Source of the DNA: Bacillota bacterium
GTDB lineage: Bacteria > Bacillota > Dethiobacteria > Dethiobacterales > Dethiobacteraceae
DNA length: 64,000 nucleotides
Direction of reading: 5' to 3'
Assembly (NCBI GenBank): GCA_041695355.1
Contig: JBGFRB010000002.1
Location: forward strand, 25,962-89,961
A program made the position numbers and the translations under genes. The notes below the pieces were generated by a model, which was given only the letters and a program-made list of their open reading frames with translations, had not been told where the DNA came from and searched no databases. Below, in pieces: positions 7,891 through 15,918 of this stretch. Each line of letters begins with the position of its first letter. Positions within the stretch are counted from its first letter, which is position 1.

Positions 7891-7915
7891 ATATCATATA
7901 CTTGGGGTGGAAAAC

Positions 7916-8197
7916 ATGACAGTATTATTGGTTGGCGCGGACAGGCTTGGGAATATGCCGAAAGAACTGGAAGATCACGGCGCCAGAGAAATCATTCATT
8001 GGTCGGGACGCAAGGAAAGAAACAGGGAGATTCCGAGACATGTTGATATGGTTCTCGTTGTTCACGACTATGTTAACCATTCGTTGATGGACAGCGTCAA
8101 AGGACAGGCCAAGCGCCGCCGGTTGCCCATTGTCTTTGCCAAAAGAGGGGTGGCCGACCTGAAACAGGCATTGACAAACGGGAAACGACAGGCGTGA
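7916..8197 (+). CDS. DUF2325-like small protein
   Basis: ATG at 7916 with a GGGGTGG RBS; the track's GTG at 7907 is less likely. The pattern VLLVGADRLG...HW.G...VDMVLVVHDYVNHS...AK resembles DUF2325 from memory. Confidence 0.6.
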   Translation: MTVLLVGADRLGNMPKELEDHGAREIIHWSGRKERNREIPRHVDMVLVVHDYVNHSLMDSVKGQAKRRRLPIVFAKRGVADLKQALTNGKRQA

Positions 8198-8232
8198 AAC
8201 AGTTCTTTCCCCCAGCGGAGGAGAAATCATAG

Positions 8233-8937
8233 ATGATGACCAAAATTGTCAGGTTTTTTCAGCCCGGTGTACAAAAGACCGGTTTCGGCTTTGCCGGGTA
8301 CCGTGAGCAGGCTGAAGCAAATTATCAGGATTTTTTTCACGACATCATTGAGTGTCTGATTGCGGCGCTGGAAGCGAAGGACGTGTATACATGCGGCCAT
8401 TCTTCCAGGGTGGCGGATATGTCCTTAGACCTGGCACGAGCACTGGAAATAAAAGGTGCGGACCTTGACGACGTACATATTGCGGCTCACTTGCATGATG
8501 TGGGGAAAATCGGAATCTCAGAAAATATTTTAACCAAGCCGGGAAAGCTGATTGCTCATGAATGGGCGCAAATGCAGAGGCACCCGGTAACAGGCTATAA
8601 CATCCTGCGTAAATCAAAACTGCTTTATAAGATTGCCAAAATAGTTCTCCACCATCATGAAAGATGGGATGGGACAGGCTATCCCCAGGGCTTGCAGAGA
8701 AACCATATTCCCTTAGGTTCGAGAATAATTGCCGTGGCCGATGCCGTTGATGCCATGACCACGGATAGGCCTTACAGAACGCCTCTGTCTTGGGATGGTT
8801 GTTATCAGGAATTGCAGAAGAACAAAAGTAAGCAATTTGACCCGATAGTGGTCGATGCCGCAGCACAATTCCGGAAAAAATGGGCGGAAATCCGGTATGA
8901 TAAGCAGGTTGCGGATAAAAGACAGCAGAGCGATTGA
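8233..8937 (+). CDS. stand-alone HD-GYP domain phosphodiesterase (c-di-GMP turnover)
   Basis: Motifs HSSRVA, HLHDVGKIGI and HHHERWDGTGYPQGL, with a GGAGGAG RBS. Confidence 0.85.
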   Translation: MMTKIVRFFQPGVQKTGFGFAGYREQAEANYQDFFHDIIECLIAALEAKDVYTCGHSSRVADMSLDLARALEIKGADLDDVHIAAHLHDVGKIGISENILTKPGKLIAHEWAQMQRHPVTGYNILRKSKLLYKIAKIVLHHHERWDGTGYPQGLQRNHIPLGSRIIAVADAVDAMTTDRPYRTPLSWDGCYQELQKNKSKQFDPIVVDAAAQFRKKWAEIRYDKQVADKRQQSD

Positions 8938-8943
8938 AACATA

Positions 8944-9495
8944 ATGAGGAAGTCGGGTGAGATTATGAAGACATTTCTTGGCAGTGTTGTCTTTTCCCTG
9001 GTGAGCGGTGCTATGATGAAAAGTATATGTGCGTTGAACATCCGTGTTTTACACGCTATGCCCGGCAGAATGCGCCTGCAGTGCAATGCCTGGAAAAGTG
9101 AACCCGTTGCGGAAGGGGTGGCTGATTCCCTCCGTAGATATAGCTTTGTGGAGCGAGTAAACATATCTCCGGTTACCGGGAGTTTGCTGCTCCAATTCAC
9201 GCAAAAGCACTTGAGCCGGAAACAGGTTGACAAGGTTATGGATTTGCTGGCGAAACAAACGATGGCAGGTATTGAAAAAGAAGTGTCCAGTTCTACACTG
9301 TTGATGGGCCGGATAGTTAATCACCTGGACAGTCAGGTAAAAGTAGCATCAAATGGGATCTTTGATTTGCTGTCTCTTTTTATTATTGCCCTGACTGCTC
9401 AGGCAGTAAGGGGGTTTAGCAGTAACCGCGGCAATTCACTTCAGCAGTTGTTCTGGGTGTACAGGTTGCTGCGAGGCGGGAGGCAAGTAATTTGA
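8944..9495 (+). CDS. HMA-like (HMA2-type, no CxxC) domain protein with a C-terminal hydrophobic segment
   Basis: LHAMPGRMRLQCNAW...VNISPVTGSLLLQF parallels the N-termini of both ATPases. There is a TM-like stretch GIFDLLSLFIIALTAQAV. Its stop overlaps the TTG start of the next ATPase (TTGA). The start could instead be the ATG at 8965. Confidence 0.6.
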   Translation: MRKSGEIMKTFLGSVVFSLVSGAMMKSICALNIRVLHAMPGRMRLQCNAWKSEPVAEGVADSLRRYSFVERVNISPVTGSLLLQFTQKHLSRKQVDKVMDLLAKQTMAGIEKEVSSSTLLMGRIVNHLDSQVKVASNGIFDLLSLFIIALTAQAVRGFSSNRGNSLQQLFWVYRLLRGGRQVI

Positions 9496-11651
9496 AGAGC
9501 TCTATACAGGTGCTCCATCACCTGCCCGGAAGGGTGAGGATACGAATCGGCAAAGGCCTGGGTCATGCGACACTGATTGAAAGCAAATGCCGTCGCCTGC
9601 CTCAGGTATATGCGGCAAACTACGCTGAGCAAACAGGAACTCTTTTGCTTTACTATGACCCGTTATTTCCCGGGAGCAGGGTCATGCTCTGGGTGAGAGA
9701 GCTGTTTTTGAACGGTAAGAAAACAACTGAGCAGCATGACTACGGGAAAAATGGATCGCCGGCGTTATCATCAGAGATTTTTAAAAACATCCTGGCCATT
9801 GCAGTCTATGCCATTGAACGTTCCCTGACGCCCTCCCGGAAAGCTGAGGAAAGCGGGCTGCGCCGTCTTTTAAGTCCGACGGTTCTGGCCTTGCTGTTTG
9901 CCGCCAAACAGGTTATTCGCAGTGGAATTGACAGTATGATGATAACGAAGCAGGTAAACGCCGTTACTTTAACTGCAGTGGCCGTCCTTGCCGCAGCCGT
10001 AAAGGGGAAGGCCGGTTCTGCATTAATCATCGTTACTCTTTCTAATCTCGGGGAAATACTGACCCAGTACACTGCCAATAAAACAAGAAACTATATCACA
10101 CGTATGCTGAAGCTGGATGTCCCCTACGTGTGGCGGGTGGAGAACGACGGAAATGAGCGTAGTGTTCATATCGACTCAGTGGTTCCGGGAGAAACAATCG
10201 CAGTTTTTATAGGGGAAAAAATATCGGTGGATGGTTGCGTGACTTATGGTTTGGGGACCGTTGACGAGTCTTCGCTTACAGGCGAATTTATGCCCCGGGA
10301 GGTGGTAAAGGGTAGCCGTGTTTATGCCGGCAGCATCTTAAAGTCAGGCTATATTCAGATCCAAGCGGAGAGGGTAGGCGACGACACAGCAATTACCCGT
10401 ATGATAAAACTTATTGAACAGGCCCAAAACAGACGAGCGCCGATCCAGTCACAGGCGGATAAAATGGCCCAGTCGCTGGTTCCCGTGTCATTTGCCATGG
10501 CGGCGGCTGTTTACGCTTTGACCAAGGACTGGAGCCGCGTAATGAACATGCTGTTCATCGATTATGCCTGCGGCCTGACACTTTCTACAACGACCGCCAT
10601 TTCCGCAGCTATTGGTAAAGCGGCCAAACACGGCATTTTAATCAAAGGAGGGCAATACATAGAGTGGCTATCCGGGGTGGATACGGTTGTCTTTGATAAA
10701 ACGGGAACCCTTACTGAAGGAAGGCCGGTAATTCGTAACATTTATTATTTTAATAACCATACAAAAGAGGATGTAATTCGCTATGCGGCTTCTGCTGAAG
10801 AGCATTCCTCGCACCCCTTTGCCGGTACCATTTTGCAGTATGCCAGGGAACAGCAATTATGTATTCCGGAACACGGTGAGGTGTTAAACATCATAGGCCG
10901 GGGCATACAGGCGGAGATAGACGGCAATATGGTACTGGTGGGCAGTGACCTGCTGATGAAGGAGAAGCTTGTTGATCTCAGTTCCCGCCAGACGGAAGAG
11001 CTGAAGGCTGCGGCGGATGAGGCGATGATTTATGTCGCGTGTAACGGCAGGCTTATGGGCATGATCAGCGTTCATGACCCGGTGCGTGCGGGGATGAATC
11101 GCACCGTTAACCAGTTGCGCCGTCAGGGGATTGACGAAATTATCCTTCTTACAGGCGATAAAAAGCGGTTAGCCGGCCATATTTCCAATAAACTGTTTTT
11201 TGATAATTACCACGCTGAGTTGTTGCCGGAAGATAAGGCCAACTTAATTAAATGGTACCGGCAAGGCGGCAGCAGGGTGATGATGGTGGGTGACGGTATT
11301 AATGATGCGCCTGCCCTGGCTTATGCGGATGTGGGAGTTACATTAGGTGGCAAGCGTACAGATATGGCTATGGAAGCCAGTGACGTAATCATCATTGGAG
11401 ATGACCCCCTACAGTTGCCCACACTAATCAGACTTGCTCAGCAGACAATGAAAACCATCCGGCAAAACTTCTTAACTACCATTATGGTTAACAGCATAGC
11501 GATGATGCTGGGAGCAATGGGTACTATCACGCCGGTTCAGGCAGCTCTGATACATAACGCGACCACTATCGGCGTGGTGGTTAACAGTTCCAAGATAATA
11601 TTTGTAAAGCTTCCCGGTAATGGTAACGTTACCGTGCATGAGAGGAGGTGA
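9492..11651 (+). CDS. divergent P1B-like P-type ATPase with an N-terminal HMA2-like domain and no CPx motif
   Basis: Motifs TGEFMPR, DKTGTLT, SSHPFAG, GDGINDAPAL and HNATTIGVVVNSSKI. The position aligned with CPC reads DYACGLTLSTTTAI, which lacks the proline. The N-terminus reads LHHLPGRVRIRIG. Confidence 0.88.
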   Translation: MKSSIQVLHHLPGRVRIRIGKGLGHATLIESKCRRLPQVYAANYAEQTGTLLLYYDPLFPGSRVMLWVRELFLNGKKTTEQHDYGKNGSPALSSEIFKNILAIAVYAIERSLTPSRKAEESGLRRLLSPTVLALLFAAKQVIRSGIDSMMITKQVNAVTLTAVAVLAAAVKGKAGSALIIVTLSNLGEILTQYTANKTRNYITRMLKLDVPYVWRVENDGNERSVHIDSVVPGETIAVFIGEKISVDGCVTYGLGTVDESSLTGEFMPREVVKGSRVYAGSILKSGYIQIQAERVGDDTAITRMIKLIEQAQNRRAPIQSQADKMAQSLVPVSFAMAAAVYALTKDWSRVMNMLFIDYACGLTLSTTTAISAAIGKAAKHGILIKGGQYIEWLSGVDTVVFDKTGTLTEGRPVIRNIYYFNNHTKEDVIRYAASAEEHSSHPFAGTILQYAREQQLCIPEHGEVLNIIGRGIQAEIDGNMVLVGSDLLMKEKLVDLSSRQTEELKAAADEAMIYVACNGRLMGMISVHDPVRAGMNRTVNQLRRQGIDEIILLTGDKKRLAGHISNKLFFDNYHAELLPEDKANLIKWYRQGGSRVMMVGDGINDAPALAYADVGVTLGGKRTDMAMEASDVIIIGDDPLQLPTLIRLAQQTMKTIRQNFLTTIMVNSIAMMLGAMGTITPVQAALIHNATTIGVVVNSSKIIFVKLPGNGNVTVHERR

Positions 11652-11655
11652 AAAA

Positions 11656-11889
11656 ATGTTAGTAAAGTCAGATTTTTGGATTGGTTTGGCAGTGGGTGCG
11701 GTGACCGGAGTGGTGGGATACCGTCTCTATGACCAATACGGGGACCAACTGAGAAGTCTGGTACTGCAATCCTGCGCTCCGGTAGTCCAGACGGTAACAG
11801 GTGGCGCAGAACCAAGCCTGGAAGAACTGGTTGCGCAAAAAGAGCGGCTGGAGGATCTGATAGCAGAAAAAAAGCAGAAAAATATATAA
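11656..11889 (+). CDS. small single-pass membrane protein with a Gly-zipper TM (GLAVGAVTGVVG) and a charged helical tail
   Basis: ATG at 11656 after GAGGAGG. It starts 5 nt after the ATPase stop. No family assigned. Confidence 0.5.
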   Translation: MLVKSDFWIGLAVGAVTGVVGYRLYDQYGDQLRSLVLQSCAPVVQTVTGGAEPSLEELVAQKERLEDLIAEKKQKNI

Positions 11890-12013
11890 ATGGGTACTGC
11901 TCACGGGCGTTGGCGGCAAAAGCATCACCGCCAATGTCCGTGGGACAACGGCGGACAGTGTGTGTAAGTGGCGCTCCTGTAACGTGGAGCGGAAGACATG
12001 TGAGGCGATCGGC

Positions 12014-13369
12014 ATGAGCAAAAATCTGAAAGATGCCATGAAAAATATTTCTGTCAGTTGCCTGGGTTCCATAAAATTCTGGGGTTTCCCGCTGGTAGCG
12101 TGGACGCTGCTGGCTGCCGCTTCATTACTTTGGAATCTTTACTCTCTCAGGCAGAACACGCTTAAAGCCTTTATGTATGAAGCGCAGACACTGGCCGGGG
12201 TAGCGTTGTCTACCATCATGTGGACTGCCCAACATGAACGGGTATATGTCCCGCTTACTGAATGGATTCCTCCGGAACCATTCTTTGCACAGTTGCCTGA
12301 AAGAGAAGTTGTCACTACCGGCGGTTTAAGGTTTGCGCAGGTATCGCACGCTTTAATCAGCCGCCAGGTAGCGGAACAGGCTTTGCTTCATGGCTGGGAA
12401 CAGAAATCTATCCGCATGACCAGCCTGGAACCGTTAAACCCTGTTAATATGCCTGATAAATGGGAAAAAGACGCATTAAAGAGTTTTAAAAATGGGCAAA
12501 CAGAAACATTCGCCCTTACCGGAGAAGGAGCAGGGGCTTTACTAAAATATATGATGCCTCTCAGGGCAAGGCCGGAATGCCTGAAATGCCATCTTGGCTA
12601 CAGAGAAGGGGACGTCCTTGGCGGTTTGTCTGTCAGTGAGCCGGCGGCGTCACGCCTTGCCATGGTTAAACCACAAATTATCAGCATGATTGCTACTCAC
12701 GCAGGTATATTTTTCTTGGTTGCGGTGGCGATGCTCTTTCTTCTGTCGCGCTTGAGGCGGCAGTGGCTTGATCTTGACCGGAGCAACAATGAGCAGAAAA
12801 ATATGATCGTAAAGCTGGCCGAAAGCGAGGCCAAGCTAAAAGAAATGGCCATCACGGACGAACTTACCGGACTAAAAAACAGGCGGGGATTTTTTCTCCT
12901 TGCCGAACAACTGATAAAGGCAGCTAACCGGCAGAAAACAAAGATCTGGTTTATTTTTATTGATGTTGACGGGATGAAATCAGTTAATGATAAGTACGGG
13001 CATAGCGAGGGGGACGTATCCCTGACCGCGACTGCTGTCATCCTTAAGAATACCTTTCGGGAGTCAGATGTAGTCGCGCGCATAGGTGGGGATGAATTTG
13101 CGGCCATTATCGCAGGTGCCGGTGAAAACAGCGGCTGCGCTATTTTGGCTCGGTTGCGTGAAAATCTGGACCTATACAATGCCGGCGTAATAAAACCCTA
13201 TAGATTGTCCTTCAGTGCCGGCATCGTTTATTGCGACCCTGCTGAAACGTCCTGCAGTATTGAAGCGCTGCTAAAAAAGGCAGATGAATTAATGTATGAA
13301 AGTAAGCGGGGAAAAACCCATTACTGCAATGGCTGCAATACAGGCTCATCCGCGTTGGAACCGGCCTGA
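12014..13369 (+). CDS. membrane diguanylate cyclase (GGDEF) with a periplasmic c-type-heme DUF3365-like sensor domain
   Basis: One CxxCH (PECLKCH) lies between two TM segments. A coiled linker follows, then RIGGDEFAAI. The internal ATG at 12014 (MSKNLKD) is the likely start. Confidence 0.8.
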   Translation: MSKNLKDAMKNISVSCLGSIKFWGFPLVAWTLLAAASLLWNLYSLRQNTLKAFMYEAQTLAGVALSTIMWTAQHERVYVPLTEWIPPEPFFAQLPEREVVTTGGLRFAQVSHALISRQVAEQALLHGWEQKSIRMTSLEPLNPVNMPDKWEKDALKSFKNGQTETFALTGEGAGALLKYMMPLRARPECLKCHLGYREGDVLGGLSVSEPAASRLAMVKPQIISMIATHAGIFFLVAVAMLFLLSRLRRQWLDLDRSNNEQKNMIVKLAESEAKLKEMAITDELTGLKNRRGFFLLAEQLIKAANRQKTKIWFIFIDVDGMKSVNDKYGHSEGDVSLTATAVILKNTFRESDVVARIGGDEFAAIIAGAGENSGCAILARLRENLDLYNAGVIKPYRLSFSAGIVYCDPAETSCSIEALLKKADELMYESKRGKTHYCNGCNTGSSALEPA

Positions 13370-13405
13370 CGCTAACTGTCCGAGGCAACAGGTCAGGCTG
13401 ACTTT

Positions 13406-14710
13406 TTATTGAGGCTCGCTTGCTTCCCTGGCGGCAGTTTGCATCTCCTTGGCCAGACGCATGGCCTCCGCCAGAATCAGCAGCGCTTCCCGCGGATTGT
13501 GGAAGCCTTTGCTGTTGGCTGCAAATACCCAGTCATAGCGGAGAAACGCCATGAAATGGAGGCGCTGTGCCCTGGCCAGCGCTTCCGCATCTGCTCCCTG
13601 TTGATTCCTGGCTTCCTGCAGCAGAGAGATTCCCCTGACAAGTTCTTTTTCCACTTCTGTGAGCAGGCCCTGTACCTGTTCCTGTATGGCGGCAATCCTG
13701 TCACGCAGGTAATCTTCGCTTTGGCGGTGGCAGACGCCGCACGATACCGTGACATTGTCGGCGGGGCTGGCAAATTCGTGAGATGTGATTTTCCTGTTAC
13801 CTGTTTTCAGAAAGGGCATGTGGCAGTCGGCACAGCTTACGCCGGCAACGTGGTGGGCGCCGCCGCTAAAAAACTCGAAATCGGGATGACGGATTTTGGG
13901 GATACCGGTACCGGTTCGCTCGTGCGTCCAGGAACGGTACGTTGACTCCGCATAGTAGGCTTCCACAGACTGCAGGGCTGGTGGCTCATCCCAGGGGATT
14001 TTTACCTCGCCTGTGGCCTGGTCCATAAAATATGTGACGTGGCACTGCGCGCAAACCAGTGAGCGCATTTCCTGACGGCCCGCTTTCTTTAGGTCCCCTC
14101 CCGCCCTGCTGTATGCCTGAATAAACGGCTCTCTGGTCAGCTGCAGAGCCATTGTCTCACTGTCATGACAGTCACTGCAGGAAACCGGGTGCTTGACGAG
14201 GGCTCTCGCCTCCGGAAAAGTCATCTCATAAAAATCCAGGCCCATCTCAGCGATACGTAACGGCGCTTCCGCCGACTTGCATGTCAGGCAGCCCGCTCTG
14301 TTGTTCCGGAAAGGGGCCGCACGCTCCACATCCTCCAGGGAACGGGGGTGTCCCCTTCTTTCCCGGATGTCCGGCGCAGCCTCATATCCGGCCCAGAGTA
14401 TTTCAAGGGCGGGCCGCAACTCCACCTTGCGGGGCGGTATTTCGCCGGTGTAGCGGGGGGTATCTCCTCCTTTCAGCCCTTTCAAATACGACTGATAATG
14501 GTCGGGAAACCATTTGCCCCAGCTGGCCGGATTAGTGTCACCGGCTTCAATGTCCCAGCGTATCGGCGGCCGGGACGGCAGAACGTGCCTTTTGTAAAAC
14601 TGCCTGGTTGCCAGTATACCGGCGCCGATGCCTGCGAGTAACAGCACAAAAGCAAAAATAACCGGCCGAAGCCACTTTTCCCAGCCGTTATGTCTGTTTT
14701 TCTTTTTCAT
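13406..14710 (-). CDS. nrfA: pentaheme cytochrome c nitrite reductase (ammonia-forming), catalytic subunit
   Basis: The CLTCK (CxxCK) hallmark plus four CxxCH motifs (CSDCH, CAQCH, CADCH, CGVCH), with an N-terminal TM/signal anchor. Confidence 0.88.
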   Translation of the reverse strand: MKKKNRHNGWEKWLRPVIFAFVLLLAGIGAGILATRQFYKRHVLPSRPPIRWDIEAGDTNPASWGKWFPDHYQSYLKGLKGGDTPRYTGEIPPRKVELRPALEILWAGYEAAPDIRERRGHPRSLEDVERAAPFRNNRAGCLTCKSAEAPLRIAEMGLDFYEMTFPEARALVKHPVSCSDCHDSETMALQLTREPFIQAYSRAGGDLKKAGRQEMRSLVCAQCHVTYFMDQATGEVKIPWDEPPALQSVEAYYAESTYRSWTHERTGTGIPKIRHPDFEFFSGGAHHVAGVSCADCHMPFLKTGNRKITSHEFASPADNVTVSCGVCHRQSEDYLRDRIAAIQEQVQGLLTEVEKELVRGISLLQEARNQQGADAEALARAQRLHFMAFLRYDWVFAANSKGFHNPREALLILAEAMRLAKEMQTAAREASEPQ

Positions 14711-15131
14711 GAGAACCCCCTTGCAACCGGTGCGGCGTCTGCCGGTGACAGTGAATACAGTCCAACGTTTCTTTTGCCGGAAAGTCCCTCAGCAAGACAC
14801 CGTGACAGCGCAGGCAGTTTTCTCTGACAATGCGTTGCGTCGGCGGTTTCGCCCTGTAAAGGTCCGGCGTGTCCCCGATAAAGTACCGGTATACGTCCCT
14901 GATTCCGTAACGCAGCGTATGATATATTCCCCGGATGTCCTGCGGAATATGGCAGGCCTGACAGTTGGTAAACGGCCTGTGGGCGGAGTGGAGCCAGGTT
15001 TCATAGAGAAGTTCCACGCCGTGGCAGAGGTTGCAGAACTCCGGCGTTTCCGTAAACTCATAGGCCCGGAAGCTTAAATATCCTATAGCTATAAAAGAAA
15101 CTGTCAGTGCGATGACGGTAAAACGGCTCAT
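14688..15131 (-). CDS. nrfH: tetraheme NapC/NirT-family quinol dehydrogenase, NrfH
   Basis: An N-terminal TM and four CxxCH motifs (CNLCH, CQACH, CLRCH, CIHCH). It overlaps the nrfA start by 23 nt. Confidence 0.85.
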   Translation of the reverse strand: MSRFTVIALTVSFIAIGYLSFRAYEFTETPEFCNLCHGVELLYETWLHSAHRPFTNCQACHIPQDIRGIYHTLRYGIRDVYRYFIGDTPDLYRAKPPTQRIVRENCLRCHGVLLRDFPAKETLDCIHCHRQTPHRLQGGSHEKEKQT

Positions 15132-15287
15132 TCAACACCTCTGTCGGTTTCCTTCACGTAATTTATTCTGGTGCAGAAAGGGTAAATTTAAACAAAAATA
15201 CTCCTCTTGTAAATCTAATATTGCTTTACTTTTTGAGTTTGTATGACATAATATAAAAATAAAAGGAAATTGCATGGAGGTACCACA

Positions 15288-15530
15288 ATGTCACTTGCCA
15301 AAATATCGGAAAAGGGCCAGCTTACTTTGCCCAAAGAGATTAGGCGAAGATACAACATTAACAAAGCGAGCTATGTGCGCATCATTCCGCTGGAAGACGG
15401 TGTTAAACTGGTTCCTACTAATCAGGGAGGAATATCTTCTTTGCGGGGTGTTGTAAAGGTTGATGGGGAGCAAGACTTCAGGGCCATACGCAATCAGGTA
15501 ATGGAGACCCGCTATCGTGAGAACCATTGA
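15288..15530 (+). CDS. AbrB/SpoVT-type antitoxin (VapB-like)
   Basis: The N-terminus MSLAKISEKGQLTLPKEIRRRYNI is a swapped-hairpin signature. GGAGG lies 7 nt upstream of the ATG at 15288. It overlaps the PIN gene. Confidence 0.75.
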   Translation: MSLAKISEKGQLTLPKEIRRRYNINKASYVRIIPLEDGVKLVPTNQGGISSLRGVVKVDGEQDFRAIRNQVMETRYRENH

Positions 15531-15918
15531 TGCCAATGTTGTCCTGCGCTATTTAACCAACGATGTTCCAGACCAGGCGAGGCAGACCGAGGAATTATTT
15601 AAAAGGGTTGAAGAGGGAAAAGAGGATTTATTCCTGCCGGATATTATTCTGGCGGACATAATATGGATTCTTGAACGGTACTACAAACAAACAAGAGAAG
15701 ATATCCGAGAATGGCTCACTGCAATAATAGGTTTGCAGGGGTTGAGATTATCTGATAAAGATATGTCATTGAATGCTTTGGATATTTATGTGGATAAGAA
15801 AATTGATTGGTCGGATGCGTTTACGGCCAGCCAGATGCTGCAACGGGGGATTACAAAAATATACTCATTTGACAAGCATTTCGACCGGATTGATGGTATT
15901 ATCAGAATTGAACCGTGA
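15517..15918 (+). CDS. PIN-domain toxin (VapC-like)
   Basis: The N-terminal IDANVVLRYL acidic residue and the 133-aa size fit a PIN domain. The 14-nt overlap with the upstream antitoxin is typical type II TA architecture. Confidence 0.75.
   Translation: MRTIDANVVLRYLTNDVPDQARQTEELFKRVEEGKEDLFLPDIILADIIWILERYYKQTREDIREWLTAIIGLQGLRLSDKDMSLNALDIYVDKKIDWSDAFTASQMLQRGITKIYSFDKHFDRIDGIIRIEP

Noticed and set aside
13370-13405. Small hairpin GTCAG-g-CTGAC followed by TTTTTA between the convergent cyclase and nrfA genes, as a possible bidirectional terminator.
   Set aside because: A 5-bp stem with a 1-nt loop is too weak to call.
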